DNA of 32,000 nucleotides from Parasynechococcus marenigrum WH 8102 (GTDB lineage: Bacteria > Cyanobacteriota > Cyanobacteriia > PCC-6307 > Cyanobiaceae), in NCBI RefSeq assembly GCF_000195975.1, contig NC_005070.1:1050001-1082000 (forward strand). Reading direction: 5' to 3'. A model generated the notes under the pieces. The model worked only from the letters and a program-made list of their open reading frames with translations, searched no databases and was not told the DNA's origin. Positions within the stretch are counted from its first letter, which is position 1. Every line of letters starts with the position of its first letter. Shown piece after piece: positions 1 to 7,249 of this stretch. The translations under genes were made by a program, and so were the position numbers.

Positions 1-347
1 CGGAAACCTAAAAAACACAATGGGCAACATTCACGACGAGGCTGCGGCGCACGTTTGATCTCCACAGTTTAAATGATGTTGGGTTTTGGTATAAGCAATC
101 AATCAAGCAAATAAGTCCTGTAGCTCATGTCGGCGTGCACGACGGCTTTGAGCTGAATCCAAATGTGATTCATCCTTTCTGGTGACCGTCAAGGAACAGG
201 CCAGTGCACGAAACGGCCGATGAACACCATCGTCAATCATGGTGCCAATTGAACAGCCATTCGAGAGATGAACAGTCATGGATGAATTCAGGTGCTGCTG
301 ATGGTCTACGCAAGCCCTAAGCAGACCTGTTGGACGGTTCTCCGAAC

Positions 348-476
348 TCAACTCGTTAAGTGGCTGAACACGGCGCCGAGCCGCATGCCCGACTTCTGGT
401 AACCGGCGATGGCAAGTGCCACGACCGAAAAATTCAGCACGAGGAAGGTTGTGACCAGCTTGATGTCGTCTTTCAT
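348..476 (-). CDS. hypothetical small membrane protein (42 aa, below ORF-track cutoff)
   Basis: Hand translation of the minus strand: ATG at 476-474, TGA at 350-348. Product is MKDDIKLVTTFLVLNFSVVALAIAGYQKSGMRLGAVFSHLTS, with one hydrophobic helix. No family recognised and no clear SD. Confidence 0.25.
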   Translation of the reverse strand: MKDDIKLVTTFLVLNFSVVALAIAGYQKSGMRLGAVFSHLTS

Positions 477-631
477 GATGACAACTTGGACGATCGAAGG
501 CACGATCGTGGCTTAAGTGTTCGATCGGCTACTCGTAGGCAATCTCAGCAGCAGATTGTTGTGGTCCCATTCGCTGGTACCGGAATCACGGCAGGCACGC
601 CGAAGTCGTTAACGTTTGTAAACATTGAAAA

Positions 632-880
632 TTGATTGCCGTGCTTGGCGCCCTTTTCCCTTTGATTTACGCGGCATTGTTCACTGGTTTGCTGCTTCAG
701 GCTTTTCGAATGATGAGCATGTCGTCCAACGCTTCGACAGCGTTCAAGAGTGACCGAACAGGCCTACGCACTGTCCATCCTGAATTGTTGGACGACAACG
801 GCAATGTCACCGATGAAGAACTTTGGTCTGTTCGCTTTCAGGACCTGAAGCAGACAGGTTGGGCACCTGAGGCAAGCTGA
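632..880 (+). CDS. small cyanobacterial membrane protein (possibly DUF2973-type; family name from memory, unverified)
   Basis: 82-aa ORF with an N-terminal TM helix (IAVLGALFPLIYAALFTGLLLQAF), followed by a ...HPELLDDNGNVTDEELWSVRF tail. The start is TTG at 632 or the in-frame GTG at 641. Confidence 0.55.
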   Translation: MIAVLGALFPLIYAALFTGLLLQAFRMMSMSSNASTAFKSDRTGLRTVHPELLDDNGNVTDEELWSVRFQDLKQTGWAPEAS

Positions 881-1061
881 AACAGGAAAGCCCCTAAATA
901 CCGTTGGAGCTGCTGCCACTGACCGCGGAGCCGAGAGAGACATCGGTCGCGCCGACGTTTCCCGAGCGATTCGACTCCGCATTCCAAGCCTGACGAATGA
1001 TCTCGATTCAAGCTGCAGACTACGGAATCTTTCTTGTTAGTGGAAGACGATATGAAGGCGC

Positions 1062-1100
1062 AAAAACTGTCCCTAAGGAGTCTTCTGAGGCCATAGGGAC
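1062..1100 (-). terminator. putative rho-independent terminator (minus strand)
   Basis: On the minus strand, GTCCCTA (1075-1069) pairs with TAGGGAC (1100-1094). The 18-nt loop is partly self-pairing. The hairpin is followed by AG and TTTTT (A-run 1062-1066 on the plus strand). Confidence 0.4.
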
Positions 1101-1403
1101 TGGTTTCTGCCAGCTCCCGAGTCGCTCTCTCGGTGCTGCTGCGACGACCACCCGGTTTCAGGACGGTGTGTTGCAGGTCCCCTTTTTAGGTGGATGCCCC
1201 AGGCCGCGCACGAGATGTTCCAGGGTTTTTTGGGATCAAGGATTTCTTCCATGACGTCTCCCAAAACTTGTGTTTAGGACAACAGACAGCTTGGGGAGTC
1301 GACGTATCAAGGCCAACGTCGTCGTCGGTCGTGACCACGGCAAGCTGTCCATCGTCTGGCACATGTAGCAGTCAGACTCAGCAAGTTTGTGCTGTCTTCT
1401 TGC

Positions 1404-1574
1404 CTATTTTGGCTTTGGGTTTGCCCTCATAGGTCCGGCTAAGCGCAGGAGGCAACGAAAATCCCGCCATTGCTGACGGGGATGATGAGTGTATGTCGGG
1501 AGATGGATAGCAACAACATCAACGCCCCCTGCTTTTCCCTTGTGGCTCTTGTATTGCTTTCTGCCGATAGGCAT
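1404..1574 (-). CDS. hypothetical basic peptide (56 aa, below ORF-track cutoff)
   Basis: Hand translation gives MPIGRKQYKSHKGKAGGVDVVAIHLPTYTHHPRQQWRDFRCLLRLAGPMRANPKPK. Its ATG (1574-1572) overlaps the TGA (1576-1574) of the upstream 128-aa ORF as TGATG. Confidence 0.25.
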   Translation of the reverse strand: MPIGRKQYKSHKGKAGGVDVVAIHLPTYTHHPRQQWRDFRCLLRLAGPMRANPKPK

Positions 1575-1960
1575 CAGGCTTCCCGATCAGTGACTAACGA
1601 GTCGCAGAAAAAATTTGTATTCCTAGTTCTCCCATCTTTTCTGAATACCAACATAGCTCTAGTTGGTGATACTTCTTTCGCGTGAGTGTAGTTGGGATTT
1701 CCTGCGGCTATTGCCTGCGCACGGGCTCGTAGCATGCAAGCAGTAGTTGCTCTACCTGGTCTATTGCCTTCACATGCGGCAAACATAAGTCCCACTACGA
1801 TCCCAACTATCGGACCAAGAATTAGCTGCTGCTTCATCGGCAGTGCGTATGGATTCTTTGGCTTTGATGGCGGCGTAATTTTTGGATGACACTTTGAGCA
1901 TCTTGGGTCTTGCTTATTGCTGAAAGGATATGCGCAGACATCGCATTTGATTATTGCCAT
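1574..1960 (-). CDS. hypothetical protein with an N-terminal CxxC...CxxC zinc-ribbon-like motif and one TM helix
   Basis: 128-aa ORF. It has C6-x2-C9 and C21-x2-C24 (MAIIKCDVCAYPFSNKQDPRCSKCH), a Pro/Lys linker and a hydrophobic helix (LILGPIVGIVVGLMFAA). No family recognised. Confidence 0.45.
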   Translation of the reverse strand: MAIIKCDVCAYPFSNKQDPRCSKCHPKITPPSKPKNPYALPMKQQLILGPIVGIVVGLMFAACEGNRPGRATTACMLRARAQAIAAGNPNYTHAKEVSPTRAMLVFRKDGRTRNTNFFCDSLVTDREA

Positions 1961-2071
1961 GGTTCGACTGATGTGCGAGGTTCTCGCTCCTTCCCAATAC
2001 TTTCGCTTTGTGATTGTCCAAATACATCAAAAAAAAGCAAGAGTTTCCTGAGAATTAGATAAGTGCTGCCC

Positions 2072-2101
2072 CGCCTAGGACTAGAGACTCACCCCTAGGC
2101 G
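2072..2101. repeat. 8-bp perfect inverted repeat (stem-loop) between small ORFs
   Basis: CGCCTAGG (2072-2079) and CCTAGGCG (2094-2101) are exact reverse complements with a 14-nt spacer. It lies between the 39-aa and 128-aa minus-strand ORFs. Confidence 0.5.
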
Positions 2102-2179
2102 CCACGCCACCATCCTGCTTCGCTCTACTTCTGCAATGAACGGGTCAATCCAATCCAGCAGCAACTCAGTCACGGCTGG

Positions 2180-2299
2180 TTACCTCGGGTCTTGCATGGC
2201 GCAATACAGCCACCGCTTGAACAGGTCAGGGTCGTTGGCTTGCAGTGCTGCAACCAGTTGTGCCAGCAGGAATAGGGCAATGCGGGTGTCTTGAGGCAT
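2180..2299 (-). CDS. hypothetical helical peptide (39 aa, below ORF-track cutoff)
   Basis: Hand translation gives MPQDTRIALFLLAQLVAALQANDPDLFKRWLYCAMQDPR, with ATG at 2299-2297 and TAA at 2182-2180. A 6-bp hairpin (2303-2308/2315-2320) sits just upstream. Confidence 0.2.
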   Translation of the reverse strand: MPQDTRIALFLLAQLVAALQANDPDLFKRWLYCAMQDPR

Positions 2300-2403
2300 T
2301 GGTCAGGCGTGAGTGCCTGATGTGTTCCCCGCTGTTGAGCCTCGGTCGACTCATTTCGGTTGTAGGTGATGTGCCGGCACTAAAGGCTGAATGGCAATTT
2401 CGC

Positions 2404-2586
2404 TTACTGCATTAGGCCTTCAGTTGGTCTTGCAGGGACAGTCACCACTGCGTCACCTGTTGCTTCTTGAGGATTGATTGGATTCCAGCCGTTGAACATG
2501 TGAATGCCCGTGATGAACGCTAGAACAACCATCAAGTACCCGATTCGGTTTTCCTCTTGGAAGGCTTGTCTTTCTTTGTTGGTCAT
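2404..2586 (-). CDS. hypothetical small membrane protein (60 aa)
   Basis: ATG preceded by a strong Shine-Dalgarno sequence (AAGGAGG, 7 nt upstream, seen as cctcctt at 2594-2600 on the plus strand). One TM helix (IGYLMVVLAFITGIHMF). Confidence 0.5.
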   Translation of the reverse strand: MTNKERQAFQEENRIGYLMVVLAFITGIHMFNGWNPINPQEATGDAVVTVPARPTEGLMQ

Positions 2587-2635
2587 TTTGCGACCTCCTT
2601 CTTTTCTTGATCTATGTCTAACGGCTTTGGCCGGG

Positions 2636-2917
2636 TCAATAAGGAAGGTAAACCGCCATTGTTAAGTCGCAAATCCGTCCATACACAGTTGTGATATTTG
2701 GGCCATAGTGGGAAGAGGAGTGTTTGTTGAGTGGCGCGAAGCAACCTGCATCACGAACCTGGCGCGCAGTGCTGTCAGTCGACCTTGCAGGGGCTGAAGG
2801 AGCTACCCAGGCAAAACTGGCCTGACGCTGAATCGTGAAGTCGATCGGACATCCCCTGTGCAGCAATGCACTGAAAGGACCCATATTTGTGACGCAGGCG
2901 TGACAGATTCGATCCAT
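2636..2917 (-). CDS. hypothetical ORF (93 aa), overlaps the 2803..3027 ORF in another frame
   Basis: ORF-track entry only. It is Cys-rich (MDRICHACVTNMGPFSALLHRGCP...). It competes with two other open minus-strand frames in the same interval. Confidence 0.25.
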   Translation of the reverse strand: MDRICHACVTNMGPFSALLHRGCPIDFTIQRQASFAWVAPSAPARSTDSTARQVRDAGCFAPLNKHSSSHYGPNITTVYGRICDLTMAVYLPY

Positions 2918-3027
2918 GCCCGCTTCTTACCCATTGGAAAATCGTTCCAATCCTGATCATCGACGGAGTGGGAGATTGCTGGGAGGCATACGTTGCTGCT
3001 GGCCTGAGGCGCATCCCGAAGAGGCAT
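2803..3027 (-). CDS. hypothetical ORF (74 aa); its 5' third looks coding and its 3' part overlaps the 2636..2917 ORF
   Basis: The ATG at 3027 lies 17 nt after the stop of the upstream 78-aa ORF, with GAAGGA 11 nt upstream. Third-position G/C is high only in the first ~40 codons. Confidence 0.25.
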   Translation of the reverse strand: MPLRDAPQASSNVCLPAISHSVDDQDWNDFPMGKKRAWIESVTPASQIWVLSVHCCTGDVRSTSRFSVRPVLPG

Positions 3028-3044
3028 GCGCTTGCTGATCCTTC

Positions 3045-3281
3045 TCAGATGTAAACCTTTCTTCCGCTGGCGCTGATGCGGTAACGACCGCCTTTGGGAC
3101 CAATGTGAATGGAGTTGTCCACGCCAGGATTTCTAGGGAGATGGATGGGTTTCTTGATTCTCGGAGCTTCGATCTCCTCTGGGCAGATCACAGCCTTGGC
3201 TCGGACGCTGTTGAGTTGGGCCGCGAGCTTTTCCAGAAGCGTGGTCATTGACCAGATCAATGAGTCAGATGTGTTCATCAT
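3045..3281 (-). CDS. hypothetical protein with a C-terminal GPxGGRY...SGRKVYI basic motif
   Basis: 78-aa ORF ending ...IHIGPKGGRYRISASGRKVYI. This resembles the GPRGGxYY..G.K.Y basic adaptor motif recalled from many small phage/algal-virus and bacterial proteins. Confidence 0.5.
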   Translation of the reverse strand: MMNTSDSLIWSMTTLLEKLAAQLNSVRAKAVICPEEIEAPRIKKPIHLPRNPGVDNSIHIGPKGGRYRISASGRKVYI

Positions 3282-3363
3282 CCAGAGACGTCAATCAGTG
3301 TTGATGCCTAGGGGTGCTTCCAGGCCTGTCGCGTATCCCGAAGCAGCTGGTGCTTGCTGCTGA

Positions 3364-3543
3364 TCAGGATTGATCGAACAACCGTTGCAGAGCGTTGCGC
3401 TTGCCCTGCAGCGTGTTGGCTCGCATCGGTTTGCCAATCGGCTTGGGCTGCCTAGGTCGGTTGAGGAAAACCTTGCTGAGCCACCACACCTGCAGGCTTA
3501 GAAACAGCAGGGCCAAGAGACCCAACTCCCACGCTCCTTGCAT
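3364..3543 (-). CDS. hypothetical small membrane protein (59 aa)
   Basis: Uses the internal ATG of the 74-aa track ORF: MQGAWELGLLALLFLSLQVWWLSKVF followed by a basic tail. Third-position G/C is high. The ATG overlaps the stop of the upstream 41-aa ORF (TGATG, 3541-3545). Confidence 0.5.
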   Translation of the reverse strand: MQGAWELGLLALLFLSLQVWWLSKVFLNRPRQPKPIGKPMRANTLQGKRNALQRLFDQS

Positions 3544-3668
3544 CAGTAGTGCTTCCGACGATTCTCGATGGCGTCGCGCTTGAAGCACTCCAACTCTTCT
3601 GGTGTATGCAGTGGCATCTTTCGCGTCTTCCCCAAGAGCCGTTGAAGGAGCAGCAGAAAGCCTTTCAT
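3543..3668 (-). CDS. hypothetical peptide (41 aa, below ORF-track cutoff)
   Basis: Hand translation gives MKGFLLLLQRLLGKTRKMPLHTPEELECFKRDAIENRRKHY. It starts 14 nt after the permease stop. Host-like GC3 in its second half. The true start could be the second ATG. Confidence 0.35.
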   Translation of the reverse strand: MKGFLLLLQRLLGKTRKMPLHTPEELECFKRDAIENRRKHY

Positions 3669-3682
3669 GATTCCAGTCAGGT

Positions 3683-4687
3683 TCACGATGACCAACGATC
3701 CATCACCTGCTGCACCAACACCCGCTGCATCAAGACCTGCAGAACGACAACGAGAGGAAGAGCCAGCAGGACTCCCGGAAGTCCCAGCAGGGCGCCGAGG
3801 CTCAATTGCGCCATCAGGGCCACGGTCGGCAGAAGATTCACGGTTTTCCGGAGTAGCAGTGGCGTGAGCAGAAAGGCCTCAAGGTTCTGCAAGATCAAGC
3901 GAAACACCAGCACAGACACCACAAGCTGTGGTGATTGCAGAAGGGCCAGGCCCGTGGGCAGCAAGGTCGCTGCCGTCGGCCCGATCGTGGGAACAAAGGT
4001 CAGGAGTCCGCACACCAGAGCGCTGAGAAGCGCCAATGGCGCCTTAAGCAGCAGCAACCCTCCCCAGGTGAGCAGAAACACCGTTGTGGCGGACAGGGTC
4101 ATTCCGGTGAGCCAACCGCCAAGTGCCTGGCGGCTTTCATCCAGAAGCAGTGCCATCTGCTCCCGTGCCGGACGTGGGGTGAGGGCCACCACCATGCCGC
4201 GATGGGAGGCGGGATCCAGGGCCAGCAGGATGGCCAGCAGGACCATCAACAGCACCTGGATCACCGAGTTCGCCGCTCCTCCCGCCACTCCCAGCAACTG
4301 ACGCCCCACCGATTGCAGATTCTCAGGACTCACGCCAGGACCGAAGGCCTGATTCAGCGCGGCGAATCGGGGATCGTCCCCCAGCCATCCAGACAGTTTG
4401 TTGACCAGCTCCGGGAGATCCTTCCCCAGTTGCTGGGTCTGGGTGATCAGTTCCGGCAGAAGCAGCTGGCCAATGATCAGACCTGCCAGCAGCAGACCCG
4501 CCAGTACGACCAGCAAGGCCTGGGGCCGGGCCAGACGGCTGCGGTCCTGGAGCTGATGGATCAGCACATCCAGGGCCACGGCCACAACCACGGCTCCGAA
4601 CAGCACCAGCAACACCCAGCGCAGCTGCCAGATCAGCAGGGCCAGAACAATAAAGGTCAGGCTTAACAGAGCTGATTGCGCAGTCAT
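3683..4687 (-). CDS. AI-2E family transporter (PerM/UPF0118-type permease), copy B
   Basis: Multi-TM protein starting [24 protein letters not shown]..., with the typical C-terminal ...TFVPTIGP...QNLEAFLLTPLL... region. I chose the internal ATG at 4687 (ATGA overlap with the upstream paralog); the 462-aa track ORF is an over-extension. Confidence 0.88.
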   Translation of the reverse strand: MTAQSALLSLTFIVLALLIWQLRWVLLVLFGAVVVAVALDVLIHQLQDRSRLARPQALLVVLAGLLLAGLIIGQLLLPELITQTQQLGKDLPELVNKLSGWLGDDPRFAALNQAFGPGVSPENLQSVGRQLLGVAGGAANSVIQVLLMVLLAILLALDPASHRGMVVALTPRPAREQMALLLDESRQALGGWLTGMTLSATTVFLLTWGGLLLLKAPLALLSALVCGLLTFVPTIGPTAATLLPTGLALLQSPQLVVSVLVFRLILQNLEAFLLTPLLLRKTVNLLPTVALMAQLSLGALLGLPGVLLALPLVVVLQVLMQRVLVQQVMDRWSS

Positions 4688-5760
4688 TGGCGCGGCCTCA
4701 GGGTTGTCCAGCGGTTGAGGACATCGTTGATCAACACTTCTCCAATCAACACCTGCAGCACCACGGCAAGGGGCAGGGCCATTAACAAGCCGAGGGGGCC
4801 AAACACCACCGTGAACAACACCTGGGCAGCCAGGGTGAGGCCGGGCAAAAGCTTCACCTGATGGTGCATCACCGACGGGGTGATCACATAGCTCTCCAGG
4901 TTCTGGATCACCACATAGGCCCCAAGAACGGCGGCCGCTTTCCAGGGGGCGTCCAGCAGAGCCACTGCCATGGGAAACACTGTGCTCATGGTGGGGCCGA
5001 CATTGGGAATCACGTTCAGCACACCAGCCAGTAAGGCATTGGCCAGGACGAGCTTGACCCCGAGAAGCCACAGTGCGATCCCGCAGAGCAAAAACACAGC
5101 AAGAGAGCTGATGCCCACTCCCACCATCCAGCTGTTGAGCGCTTCCCCGCAGAGCGTGAGGATCTGGTTGGCCCGCCGGCGATAGAACGAGGGCACGAGC
5201 AAAATGCCCACCTGCCGATAGGCCTGCGGTTGAACGGCCACCATCAGTGCGGCTGCAATAACAAACAGAAGACTCAAGCCGGCGCTTCCCAAATTTCCGG
5301 CCAGTCCGAGCAGTCCGATCAGGCCGCTTCCTACCCCCGAAGCCAGCGTTGAAGTGTCGGGCAGGATCGATTGGCTCTGCAGCCCCAGTTGTTCGAGGTC
5401 TGGCATGGCATCGACCCCGTACAACGCTTCGCTGACCTGATCAAGACCACTCAGAGCGAGCTGCAGCAGTGCTCGGGCCGCCTGGGGGAGTTTCTGAAGC
5501 AGCAGGGCGAATTCATCAATGAACGGTGGCACCAACACCGCCATGAGCACGGTGAGAAGGAGTCCAAGTCCGCTCAGGCTGGCTAACAGTGCCATGGGCC
5601 GACGCATCGGGAAGCGCCGTTGCACTGCATTCACCAGGCTGCAAAGAGCAAGCGCCAGCACGATGGCGGCAAACAACAACAGCAACCATTGACGCAAGTT
5701 CCACAGGATGAGACCTGCAGCAATCAGTGCTGCAAGTGACAGTGCCTGGGGAAAGCTCAA
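4684..5760 (-). CDS. AI-2E family transporter (PerM/UPF0118-type permease), copy A
   Basis: 358-aa multi-TM protein with ...NVIPNVGP...[14 protein letters not shown]..., paralogous to copy B. The track start is TTG at 5760, overlapping the psb28 stop (TTGA). The exact start is uncertain. Confidence 0.88.
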   Translation of the reverse strand: MSFPQALSLAALIAAGLILWNLRQWLLLLFAAIVLALALCSLVNAVQRRFPMRRPMALLASLSGLGLLLTVLMAVLVPPFIDEFALLLQKLPQAARALLQLALSGLDQVSEALYGVDAMPDLEQLGLQSQSILPDTSTLASGVGSGLIGLLGLAGNLGSAGLSLLFVIAAALMVAVQPQAYRQVGILLVPSFYRRRANQILTLCGEALNSWMVGVGISSLAVFLLCGIALWLLGVKLVLANALLAGVLNVIPNVGPTMSTVFPMAVALLDAPWKAAAVLGAYVVIQNLESYVITPSVMHHQVKLLPGLTLAAQVLFTVVFGPLGLLMALPLAVVLQVLIGEVLINDVLNRWTTLRPRQ

Positions 5761-6140
5761 GCCTCAGCGTTGGCGTCTCCGTCAGTTTGATCGGAATTCT
5801 GGTTTTGGGAATAGCCCAGACCGTTAGCTTCGGCGTAGCGCTGAGCGAAGCGCATGAACCGTTCGAAGTCCTGTACGGATTTCCATGAGTAAACGGCTTC
5901 AAGGGCACTTGCTGTGCCGTTCACGAATTTGCCGTTGATTTCTCTGGTGACCATTTCCCCCTCTTCATCCACCATCCACATTCCGGTGATGTCGCCCATC
6001 GTTTCAGGAGCAATTGCAGCGGGCTGTTCGAAGCGGAAAGTTGCTTGACCTGTGAGCCCATCACGGCTGCGGGTCAGACGGATGTCGGGAACCACGGGCT
6101 CGTCGACGCCGCGGAAAAACTGAATCGACGCCTTAGCCAT
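5757..6140 (-). CDS. psb28: photosystem II protein Psb28
   Basis: From the internal ATG at 6140: [38 protein letters not shown]...[25 protein letters not shown]...WERFMRF-type sequence, characteristic of Psb28. Length 127 aa. Confidence 0.93.
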   Translation of the reverse strand: MAKASIQFFRGVDEPVVPDIRLTRSRDGLTGQATFRFEQPAAIAPETMGDITGMWMVDEEGEMVTREINGKFVNGTASALEAVYSWKSVQDFERFMRFAQRYAEANGLGYSQNQNSDQTDGDANAEA

Positions 6141-6165
6141 GGCCGTCCTTTCGGGAAGCGGGATC

Positions 6166-7209
6166 CTAAACGGTTTCAGCCAGTGCCCTCGTTGCCAGCA
6201 GATGATCTGCTGCCCGCTCAATGCTGAGTCCACTGATGTCCACGCTTCTGCGCTGCGGTGACCGTTTGAGTTCGTGGTCGTAGCAACGGTCATAGTAGTC
6301 CAGCGTAGCTCTGCAGGCCGTGGCCCAATCCCCTTCAGCAATGGCGTTCAGGGCTTGGGTGGTCCGCTGAGGGCCCAGACGCCGGCTGATGCGTTGGGTT
6401 GCTTCGGCCAGTGCATCCATGCCCTGGTGGCCGTACACCCCCACCAACTGGTTCACCCGTTCGCTCAGGCTGCGTTGAATCTCCAGGACCGGAGCGTTCT
6501 GCATCTGATCGAACAGGGCCTTTGGGATTCGGCAACGTCCCACCTGAATGCTCTCGGCCTCCAGCCAGATGGCTTCAGCCCCGGCCCGGCGATGCTGATC
6601 AAAGCATTCCGCCAGGCGGTTCTCGTAATGCTCTGTGGAGGGTTGTGGCGGCAGACCCAACCCTCCGAAGCTGCTGCCCCTGTGATGGGCCAGCCCCTCA
6701 AGATCCACGATCGCGATTCCGCGTTGCTGCAGGGCCAAGAGGAGATCCGTTTTGCCGGTTCCGGTGCGGCCTCCCATCAACCGCAGTGGCCATGGCCGCT
6801 CGAATTGCTCCTGAGCCCAGCGGCGATAGGCCTTGTAACCGCCTATCAGCAGCGTTGGCGTCAGGTCAATCTGACTGGCCAACCAAGCCATGCTGGCGGA
6901 GCGCATGCCACCTCTCCAGCAGTAGAGCCTTGGAGTCCCCAAGTCCCGCAGACGTTCCAGCTCTCCAGCCAGCGCCGAAAGTTTTGGACCTGTGATCGAT
7001 AGTCCGAGATGGATGGCAGGCAACCGTCCCTGCTGCTTGTAACTGGTGCCGACCTCGGCCCGTTCCGCATCGCTGAACAGCGGAAGATTGATGGCTCCTG
7101 GCCAGTGCCCCTTGTCGAACTCCGATGGGCTGCGCACATCCACCAGAGGACCGCGCAGTTGCCGCAGCTGATCGATCGTGAGGTGCTGGGCGTCTCCCAT
7201 GCCTGACAT
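6166..7209 (-). CDS. selU: tRNA 2-selenouridine synthase (rhodanese + P-loop; SelU/MnmH/YbbB)
   Basis: N-terminal rhodanese domain ([22 protein letters not shown]...[13 protein letters not shown]...YCWRGGMRS), then the P-loop GGRTGTGKT and [14 protein letters not shown]. It is colinear with E. coli YbbB as I remember it. Confidence 0.88.
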   Translation of the reverse strand: MSGMGDAQHLTIDQLRQLRGPLVDVRSPSEFDKGHWPGAINLPLFSDAERAEVGTSYKQQGRLPAIHLGLSITGPKLSALAGELERLRDLGTPRLYCWRGGMRSASMAWLASQIDLTPTLLIGGYKAYRRWAQEQFERPWPLRLMGGRTGTGKTDLLLALQQRGIAIVDLEGLAHHRGSSFGGLGLPPQPSTEHYENRLAECFDQHRRAGAEAIWLEAESIQVGRCRIPKALFDQMQNAPVLEIQRSLSERVNQLVGVYGHQGMDALAEATQRISRRLGPQRTTQALNAIAEGDWATACRATLDYYDRCYDHELKRSPQRRSVDISGLSIERAADHLLATRALAETV

Positions 7210-7249
7210 AGTGGGCCAACGCCGAGCCAGTCAGGGCCGGTTGCTACTC

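Noticed and set aside
881-1400. Possible tmRNA (including the permuted two-piece form of marine cyanobacteria) or RNase P RNA in the ORF-poor, hairpin-rich stretch
   Set aside because: I found no tag-peptide reading frame of the ANNIV...AA type ending in a stop, and no T-arm/acceptor GGTTCGAATCC...CCA-like element. The RNase P P4 consensus (GAGGAAAGTCC / ACAGAA.CCGGCTTA) is absent on both strands.
1470-1889. Plus-strand ORFs 1470..1685 and 1692..1889, and 3109..3363 further right
   Set aside because: They lie antisense to better-supported minus-strand ORFs (128 aa, 56 aa, 78 aa). They have no SD or coupling signals and give low-complexity translations.
2180-2299. The 39-aa helical peptide as a Nif11-type/prochlorosin (lanthipeptide) precursor
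   Set aside because: There is no Nif11 leader signature, no double-glycine cleavage motif, no Cys/Ser/Thr-rich core, and no LanM or C39-peptidase transporter nearby.
4688-5071. 128-codon N-terminal extension of the 3683..5071 ORF
   Set aside because: The extension overlaps the upstream permease paralog in another frame and translates to Gly/Pro/Arg-rich sequence. The transporter homology starts at the ATG at 4687.
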